Source: an uncultured Nitrospiraceae bacterium
GTDB taxonomy: Bacteria; Nitrospirota; Thermodesulfovibrionia; Thermodesulfovibrionales; SM23-35
NCBI GenBank assembly: GCA_963727775.1
Contig: CAVSHB010000003.1
Coordinates: 512,001 to 576,000, forward strand
Length of the DNA: 64,000 bases
Direction of reading: 5' to 3'
The first letter of the stretch is position 1; the number at the start of each line of letters is the position of its first letter. Under the pieces are notes generated by a model. It saw only the letters and a list, made by a program, of their open reading frames with translations. It did no database searches and was not told the DNA's origin. The translations under genes were made by a program, and so were the position numbers. Shown here piece by piece: positions 22,267 through 31,027 of this stretch.

Positions 22267-23130
22267 TCATTTTAAGATATCAGGATTGTGGTCTATAAAG
22301 TCTACAACATGTTTGATTGTACGGGCATAACCGATTCCAGGGCTGATATAGATGTCAAGAGTCTTAATCAGTTCTTGTATTGCCTCTAACGGATTTACTC
22401 CCATTATAGCGATATTACCGTGCTTCCGCATCTCAATGATGTAATCGCTGAGTTCTTTTAACCCTTTTGATATGCCACCTTCGCGATTTGTGATTATCCC
22501 AATAACTTCACCTTGTTCGTTCAACAGTGCTCCGCCTGAGTTTCCCTTGTTGACCGGCGCTTCAATGCAAATGATGCTTTGGTTGTCAGTGATTCCAGAG
22601 ATCATTCCCTTGTGAGTAAGCATGGTAGGCGCATCAAGAGGATATCCACTGAAAACAATTTCCGATCCAACCGATGGAAGGGGCTTACCTCGAAGCAGGG
22701 GATTGGGAATAATTGAGGATTTTGGCTTATGCAGAAGCTTGAGTATTGCGAAATCTGCGGAAATGGGAACGAGTGATTGAGGTAATGGATCGACAAGCTT
22801 GATCGACCTCTCTGTTACCATCGGAGCAATGATCTGAGCAAGAATCACTTCTCCTGTTGCAAGAACAACAGAGATATCTGTCCCCAAAGTAATTTGGGCT
22901 TCTATTGGAGCCTTGCTCTTGTCAATATCCACTTTGCCGACCACGTGAAATGCTGTAATAACGTGCTCTGCATCGAGGAAAAAAGCAGTACCCGCTGAAC
23001 TCAGTGAAGGCACGTTAACGCGGACTGCGTTTGCCCGCGATGAACTGATTGGTTGTGTTTCCGCGCATAACTCGCTCTGAATGAAAAGCAATAAAGGCAG
23101 AACAAGCAATAATTGTTGCCACATTTTCAT
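22267..23130 (-). CDS. secreted trypsin-like serine protease
   Basis: Signal peptide; triad TAFHVV / DFAIL / GNSGG. Confidence 0.85.
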   Translation of the reverse strand: MKMWQQLLLVLPLLLFIQSELCAETQPISSSRANAVRVNVPSLSSAGTAFFLDAEHVITAFHVVGKVDIDKSKAPIEAQITLGTDISVVLATGEVILAQIIAPMVTERSIKLVDPLPQSLVPISADFAILKLLHKPKSSIIPNPLLRGKPLPSVGSEIVFSGYPLDAPTMLTHKGMISGITDNQSIICIEAPVNKGNSGGALLNEQGEVIGIITNREGGISKGLKELSDYIIEMRKHGNIAIMGVNPLEAIQELIKTLDIYISPGIGYARTIKHVVDFIDHNPDILK

Positions 23131-23161
23131 GGTCAAATGACCTCCTGATTTATTTGAAAGT

Positions 23162-23743
23162 TTACGGCATAGCGTTTGGCTTATTAAAAGAACGAGAGAC
23201 TATTTTTTGTTTCCTTCCAATTATCAAATACAAAACGGAACCGATAAAGGGTAAAAAGGTAATTGAAAGTAGCCATATTATTTTATTTGAGTTGGTAAAT
23301 TCATTCCTGAGAATATCTACTAATGCCGAAAACCAGATGAGAAAAAGTGAAAAACCTACAATTAAAAGAAATGCTAATGAGCGGAAAAATGATCTTGCTA
23401 TTGATTGACTATTGATAGATGACTTTGAAAATTTGGGTTGTATTAGAGGTAGGGGAATTTTCTTAGAGACGGAAACTTGAGCTTCATTACTGACTAAGGA
23501 ATTTGCCGCTTTTGATTCCGTTTGATTATTAATGAGCGATTCTTTTCTTTGAATATTGCTATAAGGCTGGTTCGTATGTTCACGGTATACATTAAGACGT
23601 GGAGTTTCGCGTGCCCGGGATTTCTTTTCGTTTGTACCGTAATAAACAGTATTTCCATTTTCATCGGTATATGAGGAAATTCCATCTTCTGAGAAACAAG
23701 GAGTTGAAAATAGGATAAGCAAAATTATGATTTTGTGGAACAT
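23162..23743 (-). CDS. membrane protein, DUF4124-like N-terminus and PLDc_N-like C-terminus
   Basis: Signal peptide, YTDENG..YY; ALVDIL...KIIW...LPFIGSVLYLIIG. Confidence 0.65.
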   Translation of the reverse strand: MFHKIIILLILFSTPCFSEDGISSYTDENGNTVYYGTNEKKSRARETPRLNVYREHTNQPYSNIQRKESLINNQTESKAANSLVSNEAQVSVSKKIPLPLIQPKFSKSSINSQSIARSFFRSLAFLLIVGFSLFLIWFSALVDILRNEFTNSNKIIWLLSITFLPFIGSVLYLIIGRKQKIVSRSFNKPNAMP

Positions 23744-23847
23744 TTTATTAATTAAACAATGTCAAATGTTGGAAACAATACAATTATAGCAGATAGCATT
23801 TCAAACGTATAATAATAAAATCATTAAACTTTTCTATACAAATAGGT

Positions 23848-24075
23848 TTAGATAAGATGCTTAAGGTCTTCTATTCTTAGGTCAGCATCTTTTAATATAC
23901 TTTTCAAGACTTTGGGATGAAGGATATCTCCGGAATGATAGGGTACCGTTACTCTCCTGCCAGATTTATTTTTATAAATTTTGTGGCTTCCACTTTGACG
24001 GCTAAGAGAGAACCCGGCCTTTTCTAATGCTCGTATAATATCTGTGGCAGTTACTCGCGGGAGCTTTTCACTCAT
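23848..24075 (-). CDS. hicA: HicA toxin (mRNA interferase)
   Basis: LEKAGF..RQSGSH, VTVPYH. Confidence 0.92.
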   Translation of the reverse strand: MSEKLPRVTATDIIRALEKAGFSLSRQSGSHKIYKNKSGRRVTVPYHSGDILHPKVLKSILKDADLRIEDLKHLI

Positions 24076-24296
24076 ACCGCAACTTCTAAGGAAGTTAGGC
24101 TCACTGATTCGGCTTGGGGGATTTCTTCACCGGATGCGATCCGATCTTCGATATGAAGACGTATAGCATCCCTGATGTTTTTTAAAACCTCTTCATAGGT
24201 ATCACCCTGGGTATAACAGCCTTGAAGCTCAGGACAAAAAGCAAAATATCCTTCTTCGTCCTTTTCTATCACTACCGAGAATCTATATCCAGCCAT
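24072..24296 (-). CDS. hicB: HicB antitoxin
   Basis: HicB motif; overlaps hicA start (ATGA). Confidence 0.92.
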   Translation of the reverse strand: MAGYRFSVVIEKDEEGYFAFCPELQGCYTQGDTYEEVLKNIRDAIRLHIEDRIASGEEIPQAESVSLTSLEVAV

Positions 24297-24347
24297 AATT
24301 ATCCTCCTGGAAATATTTACTTTATTTTATCAAATTTAAAATTTTTC

Positions 24348-24376
24348 TTGACAAAATAAAAATAGTATGCTTTAAT
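24348..24376 (+). promoter_or_regulatory. sigma70-like promoter for regulator-xis-int
   Basis: TTGACA-17 bp-TTTAAT with TG extension; TAGTAC repeats downstream. Confidence 0.6.
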
Positions 24377-24416
24377 TAGTACAAATGTAGTACGAATCTA
24401 ATGCGGGAGGTTTGGG

Positions 24417-24725
24417 ATGGCTTTGAAGAATTACTCAATTAGGTTAGATGAAGAAGAATATGAAAAGCTTAGAAAGTTTCTTAGCGATTATGGAGATCCT
24501 GATCTTAACATCGGATATGTTATCAGGTCTTATATTAGCGACCTGAATAAGGTGTTGCCCAATATTAAGAAGTCAAGCCTGGGTATTAGAAATAATTTGG
24601 CTGTATGGAGTGCCGCTTTTAGACAGATGGGAAGAGCTGTGGATATCGAGGCCATTGTTAAGGGTGGATCGCTCATTGAACAAATAATGAGTGAAGCAAG
24701 AGAAGAAGGGAAAACAAAGAAATAG
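24417..24725 (+). CDS. ribbon-helix-helix-like DNA-binding protein
   Basis: KNYSIRLDEEEYEKLR N-terminus. Confidence 0.55.
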   Translation: MALKNYSIRLDEEEYEKLRKFLSDYGDPDLNIGYVIRSYISDLNKVLPNIKKSSLGIRNNLAVWSAAFRQMGRAVDIEAIVKGGSLIEQIMSEAREEGKTKK

Positions 24726-24734
24726 TCTACCGTT

Positions 24735-24901
24735 ATGGCTAACAAGTTACTTACATATAAAGACGTTGCTGAAAGATGGCAATTGCCTGTAAATACTCTT
24801 CGTAATTGGGTAATGAAAAAAAGCTTGTGCCTGTAAAGCTTGGTAGTCTTGTCAGGTTTCATGAATCATACATTATTGAACTGGAACAAAAAGGAATTTA
24901 A
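24735..24901 (+). pseudogene. excisionase-like HTH protein, frameshifted in an A7 run
   Basis: MANKLLTYKDVAERWQLPVNTLRNWVMKK then -1 frame LVPVKLGSLVRFHESYIIELEQKGI. Confidence 0.75.
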
Positions 24902-24905
24902 ACAA

Positions 24906-26069
24906 ATGGGTATTTTCAAGAAATGGAATAAATCAGATAATCGTGAAGTCTACTATATTGACTACTACGATGAAAATGGTATTCGTCAAAGAGAATGCAC
25001 CAGGTCGAGTTCTCATACCTTTGCAAAAGAACTCTTAACAAGAAGAAAAGATGAAGTAGGACAAAGAAAGAAGCTGCCTGAAAGATATACACCGAAAATT
25101 AAATTCACAGATTTTGTTGATAATGACTATCTCCCGATCCATGCCAAGGGCTCTAAGTATGAAGCCAATATTAAGGGTATCTGTAAAAAGTTAAAAAACT
25201 ATTTTGGTGATAATTTCCTGCATGAGATCAATTCCCGTATGGTGGAGATATACAAAAAAGAGCGCATGGTTAAGCGTGCAGACAATACTGTCAATAATGA
25301 ACTCAACACCTTAAGCGGTATTTTTACTAAGGCAATCGAATGGGGAAAGGCTCTAATAAATCCTGTGCATAAGGTTAAGCGGTTCAGGATCAAAGAGAGA
25401 AAGAGGATTTTGGATCATCATGAGCAAGAGGCGTTGATCATTGCAAGCGGTCAAGAGAAGAAGGCTCCATACCTGCAAAACATGGTTATTTTTGATTTAT
25501 ATACCGGCCTGAGAAAAGAAGAACTTTTAAATGTGAAATGGTCTGACGTGGATTTTGAGAATAAACAGATACATGTACGGGCCGACATTGCCAAATACAA
25601 CAAAGATCGTTATATAGACTTAACAATCCAGGCTTTGACCGTTCTAAGGTCATTACCTAGAAGGCGTGAATATGTCTTTTGTGATAAGGGGGGGAAACCC
25701 TTTAAGAACTTCAGACGGTCTTTTGAATCTGCCGTTACGAGGGCTACATTGAAAGATGTAGTTATCCATGACCTGAGGAGGACATTCGGGTCTAATTGTG
25801 TCATGGCAGGCGTGTCGTTGGCTACAGTTCAAAAATGGATGGGTCATGCATCCATAAACACGACCATAAAGCATTATGGCCATTTAGCACAATCTTTCAG
25901 AAAGGAGGAAGTGAAAAAACTGGAAGGAAGGATGGACACCTGTATGGACACCTGGTTAAAAGACGCTACAGAAAAAGCTTGTAAGTCCTTGAAAAATATG
26001 GTACCCCCTGCAGGAATTGAACCTGCGACACCAGGTTTAGGAAACCTGTGCTCTATCCTACTGAGCTAA
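24906..26069 (+). CDS. tyrosine integrase; ORF reads through att core into antisense tRNA
   Basis: TGLRKEE, HDLRRT, MGH.S...T..HY catalytic residues. Confidence 0.93.
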   Translation: MGIFKKWNKSDNREVYYIDYYDENGIRQRECTRSSSHTFAKELLTRRKDEVGQRKKLPERYTPKIKFTDFVDNDYLPIHAKGSKYEANIKGICKKLKNYFGDNFLHEINSRMVEIYKKERMVKRADNTVNNELNTLSGIFTKAIEWGKALINPVHKVKRFRIKERKRILDHHEQEALIIASGQEKKAPYLQNMVIFDLYTGLRKEELLNVKWSDVDFENKQIHVRADIAKYNKDRYIDLTIQALTVLRSLPRRREYVFCDKGGKPFKNFRRSFESAVTRATLKDVVIHDLRRTFGSNCVMAGVSLATVQKWMGHASINTTIKHYGHLAQSFRKEEVKKLEGRMDTCMDTWLKDATEKACKSLKNMVPPAGIEPATPGLGNLCSILLS

Positions 26070-26075
26070 GGGGGC
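25999..26075 (-). tRNA. tRNA-Arg (anticodon CCT)
   Basis: 77-nt cloverleaf GCCCCCT...CAGGT-TTCCTAA-ACCTG...GGTTCAATTCC...ACCA. Confidence 0.96.
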
Positions 26076-26136
26076 ACGCGGGTTTACACGTTATTATACA
26101 TCAAAACGTGACAAAAACGTGATAACCCGGCAGACA

Positions 26137-27228
26137 CTATGCCCTATTCCGTCTGGCCTTACTTTTATCCTTTTTCTTATCCAAGACCGTCACGCTATCC
26201 CTGAGCGATTCAGGGCAATGATGTGCGTATCTCTGTGTCGTCGATATGTCTTTATGGCCCAAAAGCTTTGAGATTTTGAGAAGATCAACCCCAGCCTGTG
26301 CCAGTCTTGAAGCAAAGGTATGCCTAAGATCGTGAAAACGACAGTGAGCGATTCCGGACTCCTTAACGGCCCTCCTAAACGCCCTCTTAAGGGCATCGGC
26401 CTTGATCATGCCACTGTTCACATCGCAAAAAACACAACCTGACATGTTGCCTGCTTGAGCACGCCTTTTCAGGAGGTCATAGGCGGTCTTGTTAAGGGGG
26501 ATTGTCCTCATATTCGAGGCGTCCGACCCGTTTGATCCGCACCTTTTTGACCTTTGCTTGCGCGTCTTCTCCCTGCCAGTAGTAAGAGTTTTACCGAAAA
26601 GATCGACTTGAGACCATTCCAACTTCAAAATCTCTTCCTGGCTGAGGCCAGTATTAAGGTCGAGCACGATAATGTCGGGAAGCTGATCGTTGAGTTTACC
26701 TTGGGCTGAACAGAGAAGCTTTTCCTCTTCTTCCCTTGTTAACCACCTGTCTATTTCGCCCGCTTTGAGCATGATTCTCTTTGCGTCTTTAATCGGGTTT
26801 GTCCTTGACCACTTTACGGTGTTAAAGGCGTGGCTCAGCAATCTCACCTCATTTAAGATGGTCGAGTCTGCTGCCCCCTCGTCCAGTCGCTTCTTTTTGT
26901 AGTCATCGACTAAGTCCGATGTTATGCTGCTCAGCGGCAATCCCGAAAAAAAGCTATTAAGATGAGGAAGAGCATCTTTCTTGCGCTCCAGAGTGGATGA
27001 TTTGTCCACAATCTTAGAAAAATATACCTCCATCATCTCATCAAAAGTTCTCCTTCTGGCTTCTTCGATATCGAACCACTTTCCTTCGATTATCAGCGTC
27101 TCGACCTTGGCCAGAATTTTCCTCGCCAGTTTTTCGTCAGTGGTTTCAGTGGAGCGGCGATACTGTTGACCGTTAACAGCAAAACGCATCCACCAGACCT
27201 TACTGTCTTTACGCCTGTACAGTCCCAT
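26137..27228 (-). CDS. tyrosine integrase of the large island
   Basis: AGGAGG RBS, MGLYRRKDSKVWW arm-binding domain, HDLRHT, LGH.D...T.RY; first catalytic Arg reads TGLSQ. Confidence 0.92.
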   Translation of the reverse strand: MGLYRRKDSKVWWMRFAVNGQQYRRSTETTDEKLARKILAKVETLIIEGKWFDIEEARRRTFDEMMEVYFSKIVDKSSTLERKKDALPHLNSFFSGLPLSSITSDLVDDYKKKRLDEGAADSTILNEVRLLSHAFNTVKWSRTNPIKDAKRIMLKAGEIDRWLTREEEEKLLCSAQGKLNDQLPDIIVLDLNTGLSQEEILKLEWSQVDLFGKTLTTGREKTRKQRSKRCGSNGSDASNMRTIPLNKTAYDLLKRRAQAGNMSGCVFCDVNSGMIKADALKRAFRRAVKESGIAHCRFHDLRHTFASRLAQAGVDLLKISKLLGHKDISTTQRYAHHCPESLRDSVTVLDKKKDKSKARRNRA

Positions 27229-27319
27229 AACTATAATCCTCCTTTCCTGCCCTCCGTGGGGCATAGGGACCAACAAGGCTTGAAAACACCATGTTAAATT
27301 ATACAAGAAATCAAGCCCG

Positions 27320-27643
27320 TTAGCCCCTTTGTTTACCTAGAACTAAACTTTTCGCACGTTTAATAATGAGATTGACCTCGCCCACTTGCGAAGGCCTATC
27401 GGTTTGTTTCTTCCCTCCTTTCTGTCTGAGAATATCCGGTTTCTTTTGATCTACTCCGAAAGTTTTGTCTTTTATCCATTCTGTTAGAAGACGTTCAGGA
27501 TATCTGACAGCTCTGCCTGAAAGCTTAACGAAAGGAATCTTTTTGGCAGAAGTCCATTTGCGAATGGTTATGAGTTCCACATTCAGCCAGTCGGCAACTT
27601 CTTCTGCGATCAGCATCCTTCCCAGATCTATCAGCACGTTCAT
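27320..27643 (-). CDS. excisionase-like HTH protein
   Basis: EEVADWLNV...TIRKW....IPFVKL.GRAVRY. Confidence 0.82.
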   Translation of the reverse strand: MNVLIDLGRMLIAEEVADWLNVELITIRKWTSAKKIPFVKLSGRAVRYPERLLTEWIKDKTFGVDQKKPDILRQKGGKKQTDRPSQVGEVNLIIKRAKSLVLGKQRG

Positions 27644-27667
27644 ATTAATAGGAACCTCTAATAGATA

Positions 27668-28582
27668 TTACTTTCCGCTTTCCTCAAGCTTTGCAAAGAA
27701 CTGTTCGAGTCCACGTTGGATTTCACGCTTGCCCTCCGCTGTGATTTTTTCTTTCTTGGCATGCCGTGCAGTGAATATAAGTTCGTCATTTCGGACATTA
27801 ATACTGAACGAATTGTCTATTCTGCGGGGAGTTCTATTTACGGCGAGTAGCATGAAATATTTGATGGCGCTCTTTAACCCTTCGTTGTTGACAAACTCGA
27901 AGAACTTTTCACGGGATTCCGAGTTCTCAATATTTTCAAAAAGAGTAGCCATCATTTCAGCAGTTTTGAAGTCGATGAACTCTGCCTGAAGTTCAAACAT
28001 AGAAGCCAGGGCTGGAGAAGCGTAGAGTACCCTGTATATCCTCATATACCGCTCAACGATCCTCAGGCAAAGGCCCAGTTCGGATGCAACCCGTTCAATG
28101 TCTTTTAATTCATTAAACAGTTCTCCTATTGCTCGGGTTTTCTCAACGACATTTAAATCTTCGCGCTGCAAATTCTCTAACAGAGCAAGAATCCGCATTT
28201 CATTGTCCGATGCTTCCTTTACAACAACCGGTATCGATGATAACCCGGCAATTCTCGCAGCCCGAAGCCGTCTTTCTCCTGCAATGAGTTCGTATCTTAG
28301 GGGAGATACGGAAACTCGTCTGACCAAAACTGGTTGCAGGATACCTCTAATCCTAATGGACTCGGCAAGTGCTTTAAGCTTTTCCTCTGCGAAGAGCCTT
28401 CTGGGCTGCGATGGATTATGGGCTATCTGCTCAATAGGGATGAGCACCGTCTTCCCGTTCTCAGATGGTACTATATCTTTCTCCGGTTGTTGGAGACCGC
28501 TCCCATTATTCCCCAGAATCTTTTTCAAGGTTTCATCAGTCCGTTTTGAAAACAAGTTCCTAATTCCTTTTCCCATCGTCAT
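27668..28582 (-). CDS. ParB/Spo0J family protein
   Basis: NP.QPR..F, GILQP, LIAGERRLRA, ENLQREDL. Confidence 0.9.
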   Translation of the reverse strand: MTMGKGIRNLFSKRTDETLKKILGNNGSGLQQPEKDIVPSENGKTVLIPIEQIAHNPSQPRRLFAEEKLKALAESIRIRGILQPVLVRRVSVSPLRYELIAGERRLRAARIAGLSSIPVVVKEASDNEMRILALLENLQREDLNVVEKTRAIGELFNELKDIERVASELGLCLRIVERYMRIYRVLYASPALASMFELQAEFIDFKTAEMMATLFENIENSESREKFFEFVNNEGLKSAIKYFMLLAVNRTPRRIDNSFSINVRNDELIFTARHAKKEKITAEGKREIQRGLEQFFAKLEESGK

Positions 28583-29319
28583 ATCCTCCCTTCAATTATT
28601 CGTTCTTTAATAGATATTACTTATGGCTCGGAAATGAGCTTTTTGGAGTAATTCTGATACGTCGTCATCTATAACGGTCTGATATCTGATCTGACTTCCA
28701 AGGCAAAAGACGGGTGCAAATTCAGGGGTGTGCCGTTCCGCCGAAAATGACCCGGCGACATGATGTCTGAGAGCATTTGGGATCTCATTTTTCATAGACA
28801 ACATTATGTCGGAAATATGGTTTCAACCCTCAGGTTGCCCCTCAGGATACTCGTAAGGTCATTATCAACTCAAAAACGAGGAAGTTCTTTATAATTCAAG
28901 GTATTACAAGCTGACAGCAAAGCCCGACTATATACTATTTTGTCTTATCATTAAAAAGCGAAGCGTTATTGCCATCCAAAGCCACATACCAAGTTCTGTA
29001 ATGTATCTTTAGAAAATAAATTCACATCCTCAAGTTCTCATTCTCGCAGCCATCCCCACCGCCTTTCTTGCGCATGTTTTTCAGTATTCTGCCGGTCTTC
29101 ATTCTTGTGTCTCTGAATTCTTAGTCGAATGACAAATAACACATTCCCAAGCCATGCTTTCGCATTGAGTCACACACATCAATGGCGATATCTTGATGAT
29201 CCATTCCTTTTCATCTTCTCTTACCAACATCATCCCCTATTAGCTGTCCTGATCATCACCTTCCTTAATATTGTTGTTTTCCTCTTAGCAGCGCTGAGCC
29301 TTTTGTAATATCTATATAG

Positions 29320-30060
29320 ATGGCTGAGATAACTAAGAGAGATATCAAGTTGTTTAGGGTTATGGCCCTCGGCGTTTCGAATCTGGAGATGATAATGTCA
29401 CTTCTCCCTGATTTGTTTGGAATCAAAATAAGCCGGTATGCCATAGAAAAACGGTTGTCGCTCCTCAGGGCAGACGGCTACATCATTAGCAGGAAATACA
29501 TGCGCCTAAAGCAGCATGGTCACAAAACTCTCTATTCACTGACGAAAAAAGCAGTAGTAGTTCTTACTTCTTTAGGACACCCGGTTGAGCGAATCCGCTA
29601 TGGCTTACCGGAAGACATCATGGCGTTGCATGAACTTGCAATTACAGAAACTCTACATACAATAGCTATGGAGGCGTCTCAAGGTCTCTATAACTTTGTA
29701 TCTACAGACTCCACGGTTTTAAAGCAGTTGCGCCAAAAATGGTCTGGAGATCTTATCCCCGACTTGCATCTGGAACTTTCCTTTAAGGATGGCAGGAAAA
29801 CAACCGTAAACGTGGAAATCGATATGGGGACAATCCTGCTGCATAAAATGCGCAACCGCCTTCGACTATTGTCTGCAGGTGACGATTTGGTGTTGGTGCT
29901 GTGTAAAGTGGAATCACGCATTAAAGGTCTCCGGGAAGCTTATATTTACAAGCCAGAGCTTGTTTATTTCGTGTTACAAGAGGATTTCAATAACGGAGGG
30001 TTTGGGAACACCAGACTCATGAACATCAACGGAGAAGCGATGCGCCTGAAATTGCATTGA
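29320..30060 (+). CDS. replication-relaxation (Replic_Relax-like) protein
   Basis: TKRD..L wHTH, Y.LT..A, HELAI, PD...VEID.GT. Confidence 0.7.
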   Translation: MAEITKRDIKLFRVMALGVSNLEMIMSLLPDLFGIKISRYAIEKRLSLLRADGYIISRKYMRLKQHGHKTLYSLTKKAVVVLTSLGHPVERIRYGLPEDIMALHELAITETLHTIAMEASQGLYNFVSTDSTVLKQLRQKWSGDLIPDLHLELSFKDGRKTTVNVEIDMGTILLHKMRNRLRLLSAGDDLVLVLCKVESRIKGLREAYIYKPELVYFVLQEDFNNGGFGNTRLMNINGEAMRLKLH

Positions 30061-30292
30061 TAGAAAAACGACTGGCGTCGGGCTTGGATTTTCCGACATC
30101 ATGTCGTGATACATGAGTGGTGCGTGGTATTTGACCTTGGTAATTGGATTTAAGATCAGATAGAAGAGCACGAGTAATATCTTACTGAAGGCATAGGGTG
30201 GGATACTGCAATTTCAGAAGAGGAGGGTATGAGTGTGTCGCCCGTGATACCAACTTTCTAAGGTAGAGATATTCAGATCAAAGGAGAAAGCA

Positions 30293-30799
30293 ATGGAAAG
30301 GAGAATTCAGCAAATAAATGCGGACAAGAAGCTGAGCCATGAAACTCGTGTCAAAAAAGTGGCAGCAGCAATAAGACGAGACAAAGCACAGTTTCTGAAA
30401 AGATGTTATTTTTATCCATATTGGGTAATTGATGTTTGTGCAACAGAAAGAAAGAAATGTTATGCGGATCTCACTGTCTCGACCGACCTAATTAGTACGG
30501 ACGGCAAAACACAGGTTACGTATTTAAAAATTGAGATAGATGAATATAGTGATTTCAAAAGATTGATACGTAAAATGATGCGCATGACGGGCACCGGCAT
30601 CGTACTAAGCGCAACGACTTACAGGATTAACAAATTATTAAAAGCGTACATTGCCTTACTTGGGAAAGAAAAGATGGTTGCTGATGGGATCTTCTTTGGC
30701 CTAATAAATGATTTTATCCGTGGTGGTCTCCTCGCGACGACCTTTTGGACCTTGGACGGGACGACATTGCATTTTCAACCGAAGCCAGAAACGGCTTAG
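30293..30799 (+). CDS. protein resembling the nuclease half of Replic_Relax proteins
   Basis: ADL...IEID; C-terminus (F.L..DF..GG...T) resembles 29320-30060. Confidence 0.45.
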   Translation: MERRIQQINADKKLSHETRVKKVAAAIRRDKAQFLKRCYFYPYWVIDVCATERKKCYADLTVSTDLISTDGKTQVTYLKIEIDEYSDFKRLIRKMMRMTGTGIVLSATTYRINKLLKAYIALLGKEKMVADGIFFGLINDFIRGGLLATTFWTLDGTTLHFQPKPETA

Positions 30800-31027
30800 G
30801 CTTCTCATCATGAACTTAAGGATTGATTCTGAGTCCGGTATGCAACTAATAAAACTGGAAGGAACATTGAGTTCATGCGTCGTGCCTGAGTGGACCGGTG
30901 AGCCAACTCTGTGCACAAAGAATAGGTGCGTGCCGCTCGTCAATGCTAACTTTTTTCTTTGATGTAGCATATGCTAAAATGTCTAAATCTCACAAAAATT
31001 CTTTAAATTTTGAGGGAAGTACTCAAG

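Larger units (their letters stand above)
20393..26044. mobile_element. 5.6-kb integrative element with rolling-circle Rep at the tRNA-Arg 3' end
   Basis: Bounded by tRNA-derived direct repeats; encodes integrase, Xis-like, Rep, HicBA. Confidence 0.88.

Noticed and set aside
20393..26044. Complete filamentous prophage
   Set aside because: No Zot/pI ATPase or small coat-protein cluster is visible.
24906..27228. Either integrase being an integron IntI
   Set aside because: Both look like phage/ICE-type integrases with Xis partners at a tRNA, far from the attC.
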